A DNA stretch of 64,000 nt from Blastocystis sp. Blastoise (taxonomy: Eukaryota > Protista > Bigyra: Opalinata): positions 744,001 through 808,000 of the forward strand of contig JBBPEB010000025.1 in assembly GCA_039096225.1 (NCBI GenBank), written 5' to 3'. The position numbers were made by a program, and so were the translations under genes. The notes beneath the pieces are model-generated. The model worked only from the letters and a program-made list of their open reading frames with translations. It ran no database searches and was not told where the DNA came from. Of the stretch, positions 42,653-64,000 are shown one piece after another; position 1 is the first letter of the stretch, and every line of letters starts with the position of its first letter.

Positions 42653-43600
42653 ACAGTTCTTGCAGTCTTGACACATGCAAAGACTCGTGCAGGGAACACC
42701 TGACGAATAGCATTCGCAGTATTTCTTAACGCACTCCGTACGGCGACATTTACATCCGGTCTGACGTGGTGTCACAGACTATATATACATGTGTATAGGA
42801 TATATAGAATAGCTAATATATATATATATATTGCTATATAATATATAGAATAAATAGTATAGTATTTGTTATATATGCAATGTATATATAATATATATCA
42901 AATATAAATATAATATATACAACTCCTTCGCTGTTAAGAGCTGTTTTAAAAGCGTAGGGATCTTTCTTAACGATTGACGAAATGACCTTATCCCGCTCTT
43001 TTGTATAGGCGGGATTATTATGACAGCCCACACAACGACACGCGGGATTACAGAATATATTTCGAGAGAAACATAAACAATATCTATATATATATATATA
43101 TATATAGATATATATATAGATATATATATATATATATACAATTTAAGACATTTACTCTTCTTGCAATTACATCCTGTCTTATTCACGGTCATTTCATTCT
43201 CTACGGTGTTCTCCGGGTGACTGTACCCATCGCTGTATACAGCGTACTCGTCACCGGGGGCACGCAGAGCGTACGGATATGAGGGACGGAGAGGGTCATA
43301 ACTGGAACTTTGAACGGCTTTAAGTTGCTCATCAACATAAATATTATAATAAGGATTAAACAACGCTGGCTGGTAATTGGGACGCATATAGCCTACAGGA
43401 ATAGCTTGAGGTTGGCCCATAAGGCCAGTATTATAAGATATTATACCGGATTGAAGTAATTTCTCAGTTGTTTCGAGAGTTTCTTTGTTCATATAATGGA
43501 ATGGAAGAGCTGTCATGAGGCGCGTTGAACTTATAGGTGTGAGGTTGGCGGCATATGAATCGTTGGCATGCATACCACTTCTTGACATCGGAGATGTCAT
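42560..43600 (-). CDS. Tesmin/TSO1-like CXC (TCR) domain protein, LIN54-like
   Basis: Two CXC domains: GCNCKKSKCLKL|YCLCF..CNPACRCVGCHN and GCKCRRTECVKKYCECYSSGVPCTSLCMCQDCKN, joined by the linker KKDPYAF. Additional 5' exons probably extend to ~44500. Confidence 0.88.
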
Positions 43601-45146
43601 GGAATCTGAAAAGAAAGAGGGTCGATTCTCTTTTACTGGCTATAGATACATGCTATATGAGTATTTAAGAATAATTTCTTATAAATAAATTCAATACAAA
43701 AGTAGTTGACCAATAATAATATAAATCAAAAAGAATAAAAAATTTAAATACTGTTCTATAAATAGGTTTTTGTATAGGGACTTCATTATCTGACTTAATT
43801 CTTTTTGGTTTTGATAAATCCTCATTTACAACATTCTTTAAAGTCTATTATATGAAAAATAAAATAATAATGAATGATGAAATATGGAATAAATACTTCA
43901 TTAGATATAGGTCTCTTTTGATTTTGTCCAGTACTAGATAAGCTCTACAAAATTAATATTATAATATATGTATATAACGAAAAGTAAAAAACAAATACCA
44001 ATAAAATGTTTGCATATAGTTTGTCATTTTCTTTTTCTAAACGATTACATGCAGAATTCTTCGTTTGACACTTTTCATCAGTTTTAGAAATAACTGCGAC
44101 ACTCACATTTGTTTTTTCCATGAGTTTGTTAATAGAAGTATTAGTTTCGTATAGAGAGGAAGAATATATATGATACTCAAGTAGTGTTGATATATTTTTT
44201 TCTAAAATATATAAATAAATAAGCAAGAAAGAAAAAGTTTAAGAATGCGCCCAAAACGGATAAGTACAGAAATGATAGGAGATTATCATTTAAAAAAAGA
44301 ATAACATATATAGCATACATGTATATATTCTGAGAATATCTAAGGCAAAGAATATCAATGATCTCTTACAGAACAGAATAGAAAACAATTTGGTAATTCA
44401 AAGTCTTGATTGTTTTTCAACACTACGCTTTTGTTTGATTCATTATTCAAATCTGTAAAATGATTGGATGAACTGATTTCATCATTGAAGTACAATAACA
44501 ATTCTTAAAAAACAGTATTGCCCTATATTTATGTATGTTTTCTTTTCCTCCGTTTTTTATACAAGAGATATTCTGCGTTTACTCAATTAAGAACGACACT
44601 TGCTCGTAATTATTTGATTTTCAAAACAATCACTTGAATGGAGCAATACCAATACATATCCAATAGTTTTCAACTAAGATGAACATTTGTATGGCTTAGT
44701 GTCAATCAATAACCAATCATTCAATTCCTGAAATTATTGGTGGACTACAAATATTCTGACCAGTCACTCGTGTTTATTTTTTGAATTTCAGAGGAAATCA
44801 TATCATCTCCATGATTATTGATCTCAACAGTTTTTTCCCCTCCTTTTTTATAACTACACATTTTTATTGATTCTTTTGAAGCTTTTTAAATTTTAAATAT
44901 GCTGACACTATTATAATATTCGTTTTAAATTTCAATTATTTGTTTACTTTTTGGTTGTATATATTTAGATAAATAATAATCATTTATATATGATTTCTAT
45001 TTAATATCATTTTTTTCTCGATTTTTTTTTTTTTGATAAAAAACAAAATAATAAAAAATTATTGCCATCATTTTTTCCAAAAATACGTATATCTGAATTA
45101 TTAATAGTACTTTTTCAAGTCAGCAACAATATAATATTAGTTTTCT

Positions 45147-45539
45147 ATGATAGTTCATTCTGAAAGCAAGATGAGATCAATACCAAATCACTTTTTATAT
45201 TATGAGATTCCAAATAGAATAGCTTTAATTAGTAATGAATTATTTGATTATTATATTTCTCTTTTTCCCGAAACTTATTTACCTTATTTGTTGATAGATG
45301 TTCCAGAAAAAGTAAATAATAATATGTACAATTATGTATCACTAGTTATTTTTATATACTCAGTAATACAATGCAATATTACATGGTTTCAAACACAAAA
45401 TCAGAATTGCCATCAAATAAAAGATTATTCAAAAAAGAAAACTTATAATTCTTTTAATTATAATATTGAAATAAAACTTTATGATATTGCTAGTAAAGAA
45501 TCAACATTATTAATCACTTTTAATTGTGCAAAAGATTAA
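45147..45539 (+). CDS. Hypothetical protein (130-aa ORF)
   Basis: A non-repetitive 130-codon ORF is unlikely by chance at this AT content. No motif recognised. Confidence 0.35.
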   Translation: MIVHSESKMRSIPNHFLYYEIPNRIALISNELFDYYISLFPETYLPYLLIDVPEKVNNNMYNYVSLVIFIYSVIQCNITWFQTQNQNCHQIKDYSKKKTYNSFNYNIEIKLYDIASKESTLLITFNCAKD

Positions 45540-45672
45540 ACAACATACATATACAAATAATTGGACATTATTATAATATAACACAGAAATAAAAATAAAA
45601 AAGAAAAAGATAATTTATTGAAATAAATAAATATATTGTACTTTATATATGAACTGAGGAAGACATAATATA

Positions 45673-48796
<3,124 letters not shown>

Positions 48797-49417
48797 TTTG
48801 TTTGAAAATAGAAGAAAAAGAGTATGAAAAATGAAAAATAAAAATAAAAATCGACTTTAAAATTCTTTGTGTTTGAATTGAAAGAGTCCCATGGAAATCT
48901 AGGAATTTTAATTATTTCTTTGATTTCGTTGATTTATTGCATATTAACAATTGTTAATTGTATAAGTTTATTAAGAATGTATCTATATTCCTATAATTAA
49001 AATTAAATTGCTTTATAAATGTTAATCCGTGATGATATTTACTTGAAATATTATTAATTCGTATGATTATATATGTGTAGATTTCATAAAATGCTAAGGC
49101 TATTTTTTTTTTATTATTAAATTTCTATTATTGAATAGCAAAATTTCAGTTCATTCTGAAAAATTCGATGGTTAAGTAGTATAGCATAGTTTTCACGACT
49201 ATGTTTTTAGTTATTTTGTATTTATATATATGGATTTCTGAGAAGAGAAATAAAAAAAGAAAAACCCAGCAATTACAGAAAAAAAAAATATTTGTGCATT
49301 GTCAAAATAAATAAACAAAATATATTATTGTTTTCATACATAATGAGTAATTGAAATTTCAAAACTATTTTATATTTATAACATTAAATAAAAGAGAAAT
49401 TGTTAAAAAAAGCGTTG

Positions 49418-51061
49418 TTAATAGCAGTTATATACGAAATGCACATGACCATCAGTGAGAAGAGTACAGAGACAAGATTCACGATCTGAGCATTCCAGAT
49501 ATTGAGAGTGAATAATTTCTGTGTCATTACTGGAGAGTATCATATTGCCTAAGAATTTGAAATGGCAACGTTCATTAATTCTATATACGGCAGCTACCTT
49601 ATTCCCATGGTTATTTTCATTATAATACACACAGGTCAATCGTTCTCCTCGTGGGTCTATCGATATTTCATATATTGACTCACTATATATATATAGTGAA
49701 ATATATGTATATAGGTAATTAGTAATAGCATACGATTCAGGGTTATCAACACTTGTATCAAGTAGATATTCAGCTAAATTACCATCTATATATATATATA
49801 TATATATATGGATTAAGTAAAATGATATTATATACATATATAGAATACTACACGAATAAATAGAATAATCATGCATAATATATGAAACATTAGCATATGT
49901 AAATAATTAATATATGTTTATATGTAATATTAAATATGATTTCTTAAAATAATATATAGTATTAATATAGACTAGAGGATATAAATAAAAAATTGAGATA
50001 TACCTAGAGATGTTTCTGAAGAGCATACGCAGTATATATACACGGTTGTAGAATGTTTTGTTGTGAAATAAAGATATTGACCATCAGGTGACCAACAATA
50101 GGATTGAAGAGGTTGTTGAAGAGAGTATTCACAATGTTCCCCAGAAATAGTATTATATATATAGAGTTTATTATGACATGAGGCAAGAAGGATTCCTGGG
50201 AGTGAGGAGAAAGAGAGGGAAAGAGGGGATGGAATAGACAGAGAGGAGAATATAGATGAAGAAGATATAGGAACAGAAGTAGATATATATTGATATGTAT
50301 CATATAAATATATTGAAGAAGATTGTGAATAACTACATGCTAAAGTAAGTCCATCATTTGAGAATGAAAGGGAAATACACTTCTTTGAGGGAGAGAGAGG
50401 TCGAATATAAATACCAGAAGAAGCGTAAGAATGAAATGTTATCAAAAACACACCATTTCTATTCAATATATATATATAGAATATACAATTTGATAAACAT
50501 ACAAAGAATAAATAAAAACATACAAAGAATATACAATTAAAAACATACAAAGAATATGCAATTATAAATATATAAAGAATACATAATTATATATATATAC
50601 TGACAACCAACAGCAAGTACATTTTTATAGACAGGATTAAACTCAATTACCGTGATTAACGTCATTAGTTGATGAGAAATAACTATATCATACCATTTCT
50701 GATTCTCTAAATCATATAAATGAATCGTATCATCTGGAAATACAAATGCTACTTTCTGATATCCTTTCTGAGATGCAAAAGTGGAAATAGTGCGTCTAAT
50801 TGTTGTTGAATCATTCTTGTCTTCAGTTGTTTCTGAAGTGAACATCGATTTTATAGATTCTGATAATACATTTAATGATGATACTATTGGTGATTCCATA
50901 TTATCAGATACATTATATCTTTCAACAGGTTCTACATAAATATCATTCTTCAGAATTCCTCCATTCTGTTGATATTCAATCATTGCGTCGGAATATCTGT
51001 CTGTAGAACCCATATAGAGCTTCCACATTATCTCCCCTAAAGTATATTCATTTGATTCCAT
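49418..51061 (-). CDS. AAAS: Aladin-like WD40 nucleoporin
   Basis: VAFVFPDDTIHLYD..ISHQLMTLITVIEFNP..VLAVGCQ|NGVFL, CWSPDGQYLYF and SIDPRGERL correspond to characteristic Aladin segments. Confidence 0.72.
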
Positions 51062-52655
51062 TGTTTATACGCTATTCACTATATAGAGACATTCTAGATT
51101 ATGAAATATTATTTTAAAATATACATATTTACAGTAAAGTATACAAAATTAATCAAAGAATTCTATTTTTAAAAAAATATCGAAATTATTTTTCAGCTTA
51201 TTACTGAAATGTGACTTTTACATATATTTTAGATGATTATTTCCATTCTCTGTAATGAAGTAATCATTGTAACATATATATTTATGATAGACTCTATATA
51301 TATATTGCCTAAAACTTTATAATTCATTTTTTATGTATCGAAATTGTAATGTGTACATTATATTCATACATTTAAAATATATTTTTAATATTAATTCTAT
51401 ATTTATGTCATTTTCCATAACAATCAAATATTATAATCTCCAGAATAATGATAAACTGGCTTAATTGAAATAAAATCACTCTTTATTTTTATAACAATGA
51501 GAAGTTTATATATAAATCTGTTTATATCCAAACTATATATTTCATAAACTTTAAGACTTGAGATAATTATAATTTGAATAGTATAAAAAAGACAATATCA
51601 TTATTTATTGTTGTTAAGATCAAGAAGCAAAAATTTAAAAAGTATTTTGAGAACCTTATTAAGAATTACATTTAAAAATAATACATTGAGAAACAAAATA
51701 TATCTTAAACAAATGACATGTATAAATAATACTCGATAATTAATGTATATTATAAAAAATAAATAAATGAAAAATATACAATATATATTGTTGAAATATC
51801 AAGTAATAAAAAAAGAAATTTACATTATAAAATGTTAAATAAAGATAAATAAATAAATTTTTTAAAGTATGAAAAAGAATATATTTTTATAGAGATATAG
51901 AAAAAGTAAATAAAAACAATAAGAGAGTGTAATAAGAAAAAGGCAAAAATAAACAAAATAAAAGTCTAAAATATGTAATAATAACAAGAAAAGGTATTTT
52001 TAAAAGGTGTTTATGTAAATAATAAAATAAAACTAATGAATAATAAGGAAAAGAAGATATAGAAGGGATATGAAAATAATTTTCAACTATTTCAAAAAAA
52101 AACAATTATACATAAATATATAGATTCAAAAAACTAAAAATAGAAGAATAAAAAAGAGAATTATAGAATGAAAAGTAATATTAAAAAGTAATAAAGACTA
52201 GTTAAATAATATATATATATATATATATAATCAATAAGTATATCAAAGAGGATATTGATATTTGAAGTGAATGATAGAGAATATAGATTTTAATAGAATA
52301 GATATTAGAAATAATATATTTAGTATACACAAACTAATATATGAATAAAATAAGGTGAAAATAGAAAAAAGGATAATATAAATATATAGATCAATAGAAT
52401 GAATATGATGAAAATAAAAATAATATATAAATATATAGGTCAATAAAATGAATAAAATAAGGTGAGAATAAAAAATAATATATAAATACATAGGCTAATA
52501 AAATAAGAATAAAAAATAATATATAAATATATAAGTCAATAAAATGATATAGATGAGAATACAAAGAGTGAATACATAGATCACTGAATAGAATACAATA
52601 TAAAATGAATAATATGCAAATAATACAATGAATATTATTAATGTTCCTTAGTTCC

Positions 52656-55533
<2,878 letters not shown>

Positions 55534-56693
55534 TTAACTACTAGAAAAAAAATTAATATTATTAAAAAAAAATATGGATAAAAGATACGAAAAAGATGAA
55601 TAAAATTTCTTAAAAAGTATAACACGTGTTGTGAATATTTCATTATTTATATTGGATCTTTTGAAGTTTATCAATGTGTTTACGTCGTAGAGATAGTATG
55701 TGGTGAATGTAATATATAAGAAAATGATTTCTTTTGATAAATCACACAAAAAAATATCATCATTAGCAATTCTTACTCATAAAGAAATTTCAAATCATAT
55801 GTAGAATTCATTCTATTTATAATCATATGTATAAGATATTCTGAATCTCCAAAGCAAACAAAAAATGATTACATTATATAAGAACAATCGCATGTTGATT
55901 TCATAATACAACACTTGTATCTCAATAAATTCAAATATTTGTCATTTCTATTTGATCCTTCCAGTACATAGCAACATCAAAAATAATATATTCTAAGATA
56001 TTATCAATTAAAGTTAATAATGAGAATTGCCATTCAGAAAAGCATGTTTGGATTGATCTTTAATCATTTTTTCTTTTTATTTCATCATAACAAAAAAATA
56101 TACTATCTGCTATTACATAAATTAAAGAATTCAGTGAATAATCAGGAATAATTATTGTAGAATATCAATACCAATGAGATGATTCAATGATAACTCATCT
56201 AGAGATAATAGTATAATTGTTAGAAAATAGATATTTGAATTTATTAAAAAGAACTAATCTAAAATAGAAAATAAGAAAAATAAAATAGATGTTTATTTAC
56301 ATATATTTGCACTTAGATTCTATTGATGATTCTATGAGAATATTTATGATTGTTTGCTTTCACCAATTCAATAATGGAAAGATATTTTTTTATTTATCAG
56401 GTGTTAAATTTATTTCGTTGTCATAGACATCATGTTTATCTTCTGAATTATGATTTAATAATATCCATGTAATTAACTATTTATATAATGCAAACAGAAT
56501 AAAGACAGATTTTTTTTTAAATGATATATGAAGAAATCGAGGTTATTTTTACAAAATATAAAATAGCATTTTTTTTAATTAATCATTCTTTTATTTGCTT
56601 AACTATTGTTTTATTCTGACATTCAATATGAAATCATACGTCAGATCAGTTTTTAACACATATATTTCTCCTCGTCAAGTTCATATTTGCCAA

Positions 56694-57560
56694 ATGGATA
56701 GAGTGTTGTCACTGGTTTTGATCATTCCTTTATTAGTCATATTAGTATACACTGTGCTAGATGTTGTTTTTGTTCCAAAATTAGTATATTTGTCTTTTTA
56801 CTTAATGAATACAGTTTTTATTTCTTATTATAATAGGATTCAAGCATGATTCTATCTTTCATGCTAGGATTCATGTCGTTGTTCTTATGCTTGAGACCCT
56901 ATGTAATTTTGTTTTCTTATAGTCGTTCGGTATGTTGAAATTATTTTGTTTTTTTCTTTATTGTATTTATTATTTATATTATTATTTTTTTTTTAATATT
57001 CCATAGGCTCTCTCTCGTTTACTAATGTCTCCGAAACCAACAGGAGCTTTACTCATAATGTATATAGATATATATATATATATATTATTACATTATATAT
57101 ATATTTTTTTTGCTTTTTATATTATTTTTTCAAGTAAAAATGTTATAATTTTGTTTTATTTTTTATTCGTATATATATCTATATATGTATTTTTTTTTAT
57201 ATGATATTTATATGTATATAGTTTGGGTGTGTTTAGTATAGTTAATAGACAGTCCTTTTTCTTTTCTTATTTATTTCCCTTCGACATTTCATGTATACTT
57301 TGTATTCTTCTTGGATGTATTCAATCCTTCAATGTATCTAGTTTATATATATAAGAATATATCTTATCTACTAATCTTTATCTAGTGTTTTTCTGATTCA
57401 ACACCATCCAAATTGAAGATTGTTGAAGTATATTCAATGTTATATATATTTATATATATTTAATAATTTTATGTTTTTCATTTCATAGTCAAAATATAAA
57501 TACGACGAGCTTATCGTTCTATTAAATAAGACAGAAGATTCCATTGAGAATTATCTTTAA
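56694..57560 (+). CDS. Hypothetical small multi-pass membrane protein
   Basis: MDRVLSLVLIIPLLVILVYTVLDVVFVPKL|DSSMILSFMLGFMSLFLCLRPY..., joined through GT-AG introns to SKYKYDELIVLLNKTEDSIENYL stop. Confidence 0.55.
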
Positions 57561-58167
57561 TTCATTCAAATCATGTTCCTCACAACATACATGACACCAT
57601 TATTTTCGCTTTTTTATTTATTATTATTTATTATTTTATCATTTTCAATTTTTATTGTTTTTCATTCCTTTATGTGCTGTTTTATTATTACAGCTATTGA
57701 AATCTATCATATTTTGTTTTTATGACGTAACATCATTTTTTTAACATATGTTTTTCTCTGTTTTATTATTCCCTATAATCTCGTCACTAGTATATACTTT
57801 TAAATAATTATTGTTATTTTAAAATGTATATATATTTCTTTTCTTGTAATGTAAATTCTTCAACTCCACCTACATGATGGTACTCACTTTTTTGTTGTTG
57901 TTGTTTATAAAATTTATTATTATTTATATTATAATATAATGCTATTATCTTTTATAATGAATGAGTAATAGAATAATAACATAGTATTAAAAAATAGTAT
58001 TTAAGTTGAGAATTGATGAAAAATAAAAGATATAAACAAAATTCATAGTTAAAAATGTAATATGAATAAAATGAATAATAAGTGTGATAAGACATATTGA
58101 ATTCTTCAAGAAACTTTAAATAAAAAGAATATAGAATGAGATATATAAGTATATAGAGTAATATGTA

Positions 58168-58783
58168 TTATTCTTGATTATCGAAGGAGGTCAAGAGAGG
58201 TTGTATACATGCCATGATCTCTGATATATCCATAAAAAGTTCTTTGTTAATTGTTTGTTCTTGAACTGAAATAAATTTCCAATCTTTTTCTTCAAATACA
58301 ACAAGACTTGAAGAGGCTGCTTGTGACGATGAGTATTTATACCATTTCTGTTGTTGTTTATGATATACATATCCACGTTTATATAAACAGAAGGATGCAA
58401 CTAATTGATATAAATCTTTAGGGAATGCATAGAAGAGATAAAGTAAACATGTATCCTAGAATAAAGGTAATAAGGAATATATATTATATATTATATATTA
58501 TATATTATATATTATATATTATATAGTATCATTATATAGTATATATTATATATTATATATTATATATATAAATACATCCATATCTTTGAGAGAGGGTGGT
58601 TGGTCCTTAGTATCAAGTGTTAAATAGGGAAGTAGATCACTTTTAGGGTTGGTGAATAGAACAATAGGAGTAGGACGTTGACTGTAGCAGGCGGGAAGGA
58701 TATAAAAAGAAGGAGAAGACTCCACAGGACCACTCCAAGGAGATGGAAATCGCTTATATCTATATATATATTCATATATATTC

Positions 58784-58815
<32 letters not shown>

Positions 58816-59265
58816 CTTATAGAGAGAAATAAATAGATTTACAAATAATTATTATCACTATTAGTAGAGTTGAATATTCCAATTTGACTGTAATCCGTGC
58901 CGACAGCGAAGATGTTCTTGGCATTATATAAAGATATTAATTCTGAAAGTGTATATTCATTGCTAGTTGATGGAGAGGAAGTGACTTCAGGTGTTGTGAA
59001 CGTTGATGGAATATTAAATAGAGAGGATACAATATCTTCGTTATCATTGGTATCTTTAGGAGTGACTATAGGTGACGTAGCTGCAGACTTTCCAATTCCT
59101 ACGATCCTCTGTATTTGAGGCGATAATCTTGTAGGTACCATTTGACGAGGAACATATTTAGCTCCATTATTTAAAGGTGCATAAGCCACTGTTCTAGGAA
59201 CGGAGGACACACGAGAAATGGGATGATTCACTAGGGAGAAAGAGAGAAAATAATTAATACTGGTG

Positions 59266-59339
<74 letters not shown>

Positions 59340-59403
59340 TCATATAAGCTCTATCATCTGGATATGACCCAAAATTATTATATACCATATAATCATCCTA
59401 TAG

Positions 59404-59450
<47 letters not shown>

Positions 59451-59942
59451 TACATAGTCAGGAGCGCCTTCAGGTCCTACTGTCTGACCATAAGAGCCAA
59501 TAAAACAAATCGAAAACTAGAAACATATATATATACCAATAAAATTAGATCGATGAGCCGCTACACGATTTGGGTTTTGTGCCATATTCATGGGAATATC
59601 TGTTCTTGAGTTAATAGTGGGTGGAGAAACTCGGTCACGAGGAACAGTACTAGCATAGGGATTCATACGAGCTTGGGGATTTATAGAATTAGCTGATTGA
59701 GAATTCATCATATTCCTAGGTTGTTGCACACCTATGAAAAAGAAACAAATTATAAAATATTCAGAAATAAACAGAAACATACTCATTGTCGTAAAACGTC
59801 CCATTTGTTGGTGTGGTAATCCAACTCCTAACATATTAGGCATCATGTTTGGTCTGTTTTGCATAGTATTTGGCATTTGCATTGAATAAGGTGAATAATT
59901 TCCAGGACCTTGGTTATAGTAATCGTATTGTTGACTATCCAT
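58168..59942 (-). CDS. NOT2: CCR4-NOT complex subunit NOT2
   Basis: Q/P/N/M-rich N-terminus, then [29 protein letters not shown] and the NOT-box [32 protein letters not shown]...FEEKDWK. Confidence 0.88.
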
Positions 59943-61103
59943 TTTCTTTTCTTTAAAATAATAATATTAATAACAATTTTTCAAAGTTTAAAAACAAATT
60001 CAATAAAATTATTTATTTTTATAAATTCATATCTAGAGGCAAACCTATACTTACATTTTTAAAGTAATTATCACCTAAAACTAAATAAAAAGAAGTTGTA
60101 ATATAATTTTAGAGAATCAGTTTGATTTTTGTTTTAAATAAAAATAAATATTTTCTTTCTTTGAAAACTAAGATTCCCATGAAAAAGGAAACATACAATA
60201 AAATTATATTTCATATCGTTAACTCGGTTATAATTCACTTTTATATGTAATATAAGGTTTAATATTATCTATATTTACTATAAGAAATTTTCATGAAACT
60301 TTTTCTAAAAAGAATAATTTTCAATGTTTCTATTATTTATAGATTTCGGATTTATTTTTATTGCTCAACAATAGAACATATGTATAACTTGTTCATTTCT
60401 TTTAAATAATCATTTATAATGCCTCATTCAATAATTATTGATTAAACGAAGGGAAAATCTTAAAAAGACGTTTTTTAATATATGAATATTATATTTCATA
60501 TGTTATATTTTTAATTTATATAACTCTTATTCAACGAGACAATAATTATATTGATACTGCTTAAAGGAAAACATAGATTCTAATCTATTATTATTCTTTT
60601 TTATAATATTCACATTTTTGGTATTCATATGAAGGTATCTATATTATTATGATTATAAAAACAACAAGAGTTTCTGCTTGATTAACACTTTTAACCATTA
60701 GAAAGATTAATAACGTAAGTAAACAAAATTCTAGGCAATGGGATTATGTAATGGTATATGAATTCTAAACGTATAACGAAATCAAATGAAAAAAACAATC
60801 AAATCACTATTTTGTATTCCAGTTGAATTCATATAACTTGAATAAACTGTTAGTTTTTGTTATTTATTATTAAACTAAACGAATTTATGTTTTTGATTTG
60901 ATAAGTGTATACCATAAAATGATTATTATTGATAAAAAAAACGTGTGAAAAGAATGATGAAAACTTATTGCCGTTTAATACAAGAAAGAAACCCATTACA
61001 TTTTTCACAAGTAGATAAGCATGGTGTCGGACATAATAACAATCGAATAGCCTATAAAAAATCGTTTATAAAAATTTAAAAATGAATAAGAGAAACAATA
61101 ATA

Positions 61104-62039
61104 TTATATGAAAAGAATTGATTCATATACACTTTTGTAATAATATATGTTGAAATCACTAACATTTACTGTGAATATATCACTATAGTATCCATTGAGA
61201 ACTTCTCGAACTTCATCTATATACTTTGAAGAAATTTTTGTATATTGAAACAATAAATTGTATAATTCCATTGAAAAATAGTGTTCATTCCATATCTGAG
61301 CAGTTACAGAAGTTAATGCGATAAAGAACTGTCTATATAAAAAATATAATATGATATATATTGTATTATCTACTATTTAATCATATTGAAGAAATAATTG
61401 TTGTTAAAGAATGGAAATGAATAATTATAGATTTACCGAAAGTTTTTTTCCCAATAGCAGCATTCCTTCATATTAGGATCACCTATCTTACCACAAATAT
61501 ATTTACATTTATTTCCACAAAAAGAACATGGATAAACAAATATTGATCGTTTTATCATTTTGTCCAAGTATATACATGTAATAAACACTTTCGATGGATT
61601 TCCATGTGGCATTTTACATAAACGAATTAAAAATGATCTAATAAAAATTTTTAAAAAATGTCAAATGAAATTTATACCTTAAATATGAATTTAATAAAAT
61701 ACTTTCATTGATTATAACATCTTTTTGTTCTTCTGAAGTTGTAAACGACAGTTGTAATAAAGTTTTAAACGTATCTTTATTAAATATATCGACAAGTGTA
61801 AACGAATTTTCAATTAAAAGAACACCACAATCTAAAGAATCATGTTAAAATACTTTGTTATCAATTTTAATCATACCAATTATATCTGGAATCCAAATAC
61901 TCACAGGTTTGATCAAATAGAAAAGATTAGCTAAAGCTGTTTCGTCAGTATTTGAGTCCATAAATAGCATCTCCACTAATGTGGAAGTTTTTATACTTGA
62001 TAGAGAAATTGTTTCCTCTTGTTTCATTGTTTGAGTCAA
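61104..62039 (-). CDS. Hypothetical multi-exon protein
   Basis: Coding-like segments (TSTLVEMLFMDSNTDETALANLFYL; PCSFCGNKCKYICGKIGDPNMKECCYW; IWNEHYFSMELYNLL) are separated by plausible introns. Boundaries are uncertain. Confidence 0.4.
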
Positions 62040-64000
62040 TTAGAACCAAAAAAGGAAGAAATGTTTTCCCGTGAATACTAATTATTTATATTCAACAATA
62101 CACTACTTCGATAAATAGATATATTTACAAATAATATATAAACAAAAAATCAATCGTTAACAAAATAATAATAAAAGTACAATGAGACTTTATTGTGTGT
62201 TTGAGTATCCAACTCAAAGAAAATGTGAAAAATAACCAATCATTTTGATCCGTATAACAGCTGCCTATATTTTTGTCATTTAGAATTCCCAAAAAATAAA
62301 GTGTATATCCAAATATTTGTACATTCCATTCCACTTTTTTTTTGTATACAACGTATTTTCTTACTTTTTCTATTCATTCGATATATACTTTTTTATATAA
62401 TAATCAATATGTCATATCAAAAAACAAAAGCCAAAAAGATCGTTTTCTTTCCTAAACGTGACTTAAAGACAGTTACCATTATTTTGTATAAAAGTCAACA
62501 CTTTCTTTTCTATTTTATTAACGGGGATATTTTTTACAAATAAGAATCACGTGCTCTCAAAAAAGATGTATATCTCTGACACAACAAAAAACTTCATAAT
62601 TTACTATTCTGAAATAAAGACGCTTTGAATGAGATATTTTAGTTTTTAAATCATTTATATAATGTATTTCATTTTGTGAATATAATAAAACCTTTTAACC
62701 TCAAAAATTGAAGAATAAAAACTAATCAAAACTTATTGGAATTAAGTAATGAATTGTTCTATTTTAAAAATCCAGAATATTAGATATTTTAATAAGTTTT
62801 TTATAATATAATTGCTACAATATCTTATATACATGTTTTTATGTACTATTCACTAAGTGTTAATAATATATATATAATTACTTTCCATATCACATATTTA
62901 TGATAAAATCTTTGTATTCATGGAACTGAAATCTCATTAATATATATATTTTTTTTTGTTTTATATTTTTGGTACTACTGATGTTCATAAATAACACTAC
63001 TATTTTTAAGTTATTAAATATAATTAAATTATTTTGTGATTCAATTTAAACAGGTAAAATATTTGCTACAAGAAGAAATATTTAACAATAATCTATTTTT
63101 TGAATAATCAGAAAAAAGTTACTTAGAACTGATTGTTTTTATAAAGCAGCGAAACATATGCTTATTTTATTGAGCTGTAATATAGACTGACATGTTATCT
63201 TTCATTTAAAAAACAATCAATGAAATGATGAATATCAAAAATGGAGATATTCCTATTAAATCAACAATAAATTTTACAAAAGAAAATTAATTGTATTTCG
63301 ATCTAATTTAATATATTCTTTATTGTATTAAAAAAATCAATTTTTCATATACTACTCATAATAAACTGATTAAATAATCCAATTTTTGTCATCATAATAC
63401 TTTCTGATTCTTTTTGTCGTTCTGAAGATATATTAACTCCAAGAATTGTTTCAAGAATCGTAATTCACATTGAAATGGTAACAGAAATTAGTATAGATAT
63501 GCTTTTGCCAAGTATTAGTAACTATGCAAACTGATATAGAATAGATATATCATACTAAAATGAAACACAAAGCAATTAACATAAGAAACAATAGTTCGAA
63601 AAATTTATGATTATTTTTCTATAACAACGGAAAAAAAGAAATAATCAAGATAATATATAAAAACGACTTTTTATGACTTTTTATCTTGAAAGCCTAGATG
63701 ATGAACAGAATAGTTATAATTTTCATAATAAGTCAGATTATAACATGTTCTGCTTGGTATAATGAAGGTCATATGATTGTTTCTGAGATTGCATACAGTT
63801 TATCAAATGCTCAAACGAAAGTACAACTTATTTATTTTATGCTTTTATATGTATATCATACTTAGCAATCAATTGACAATTATTTGACACTCGATTCTAA
63901 TGAATATCAAGTATATTTTTTTTCCATTTTGTAACTGTTAGCTTTTATATTTTTTAATTTTTATTCTTATTTTTATTGAATATTTAAATTCCACATTTAT

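Overview
Very AT-rich eukaryotic nuclear DNA (roughly 20-25% GC by eye) with about 18 intron-rich protein genes and two identical tRNA-Val(GAC) genes. It looks like a protist; a stramenopile such as a low-GC Blastocystis relative is plausible but is only an inference from gene content and intron style. Recognisable genes in order: SCC2/NIPBL cohesin loader with a PHD finger, TRM10 tRNA methyltransferase, DHHC palmitoyltransferase, YME1/FtsH i-AAA protease, PLAT-domain PTC7-type phosphatase, DYRKP-type kinase, long-chain acyl-CoA synthetase, ESF1, a tesmin/LIN54 CXC protein, CDC5L, Aladin, a Cys-rich secreted protein and NOT2. The most unusual features are five. (1) Many spliceosomal introns are pure or nearly pure microsatellite, GT(AT)nAG, with no polypyrimidine tract or canonical branch point. 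(2) These TA-run introns are largely absent from the first ~400-700 bp of each gene. (3) The CpG palindromes CCGCGG and CACGTG are strongly over-represented, almost all in exons. (4) The tRNA-Val has a eukaryote-type body but G34 instead of A34/I34. (5) There are two odd domain fusions, PLAT-PTC7 and TRM10 with a dsRBD-like tail. Most ORF-track entries (poly-YI, poly-I/L and the intronic poly-N) are microsatellite artefacts. CDS coordinates span introns and were assembled by hand, so 5' ends are approximate where stated.
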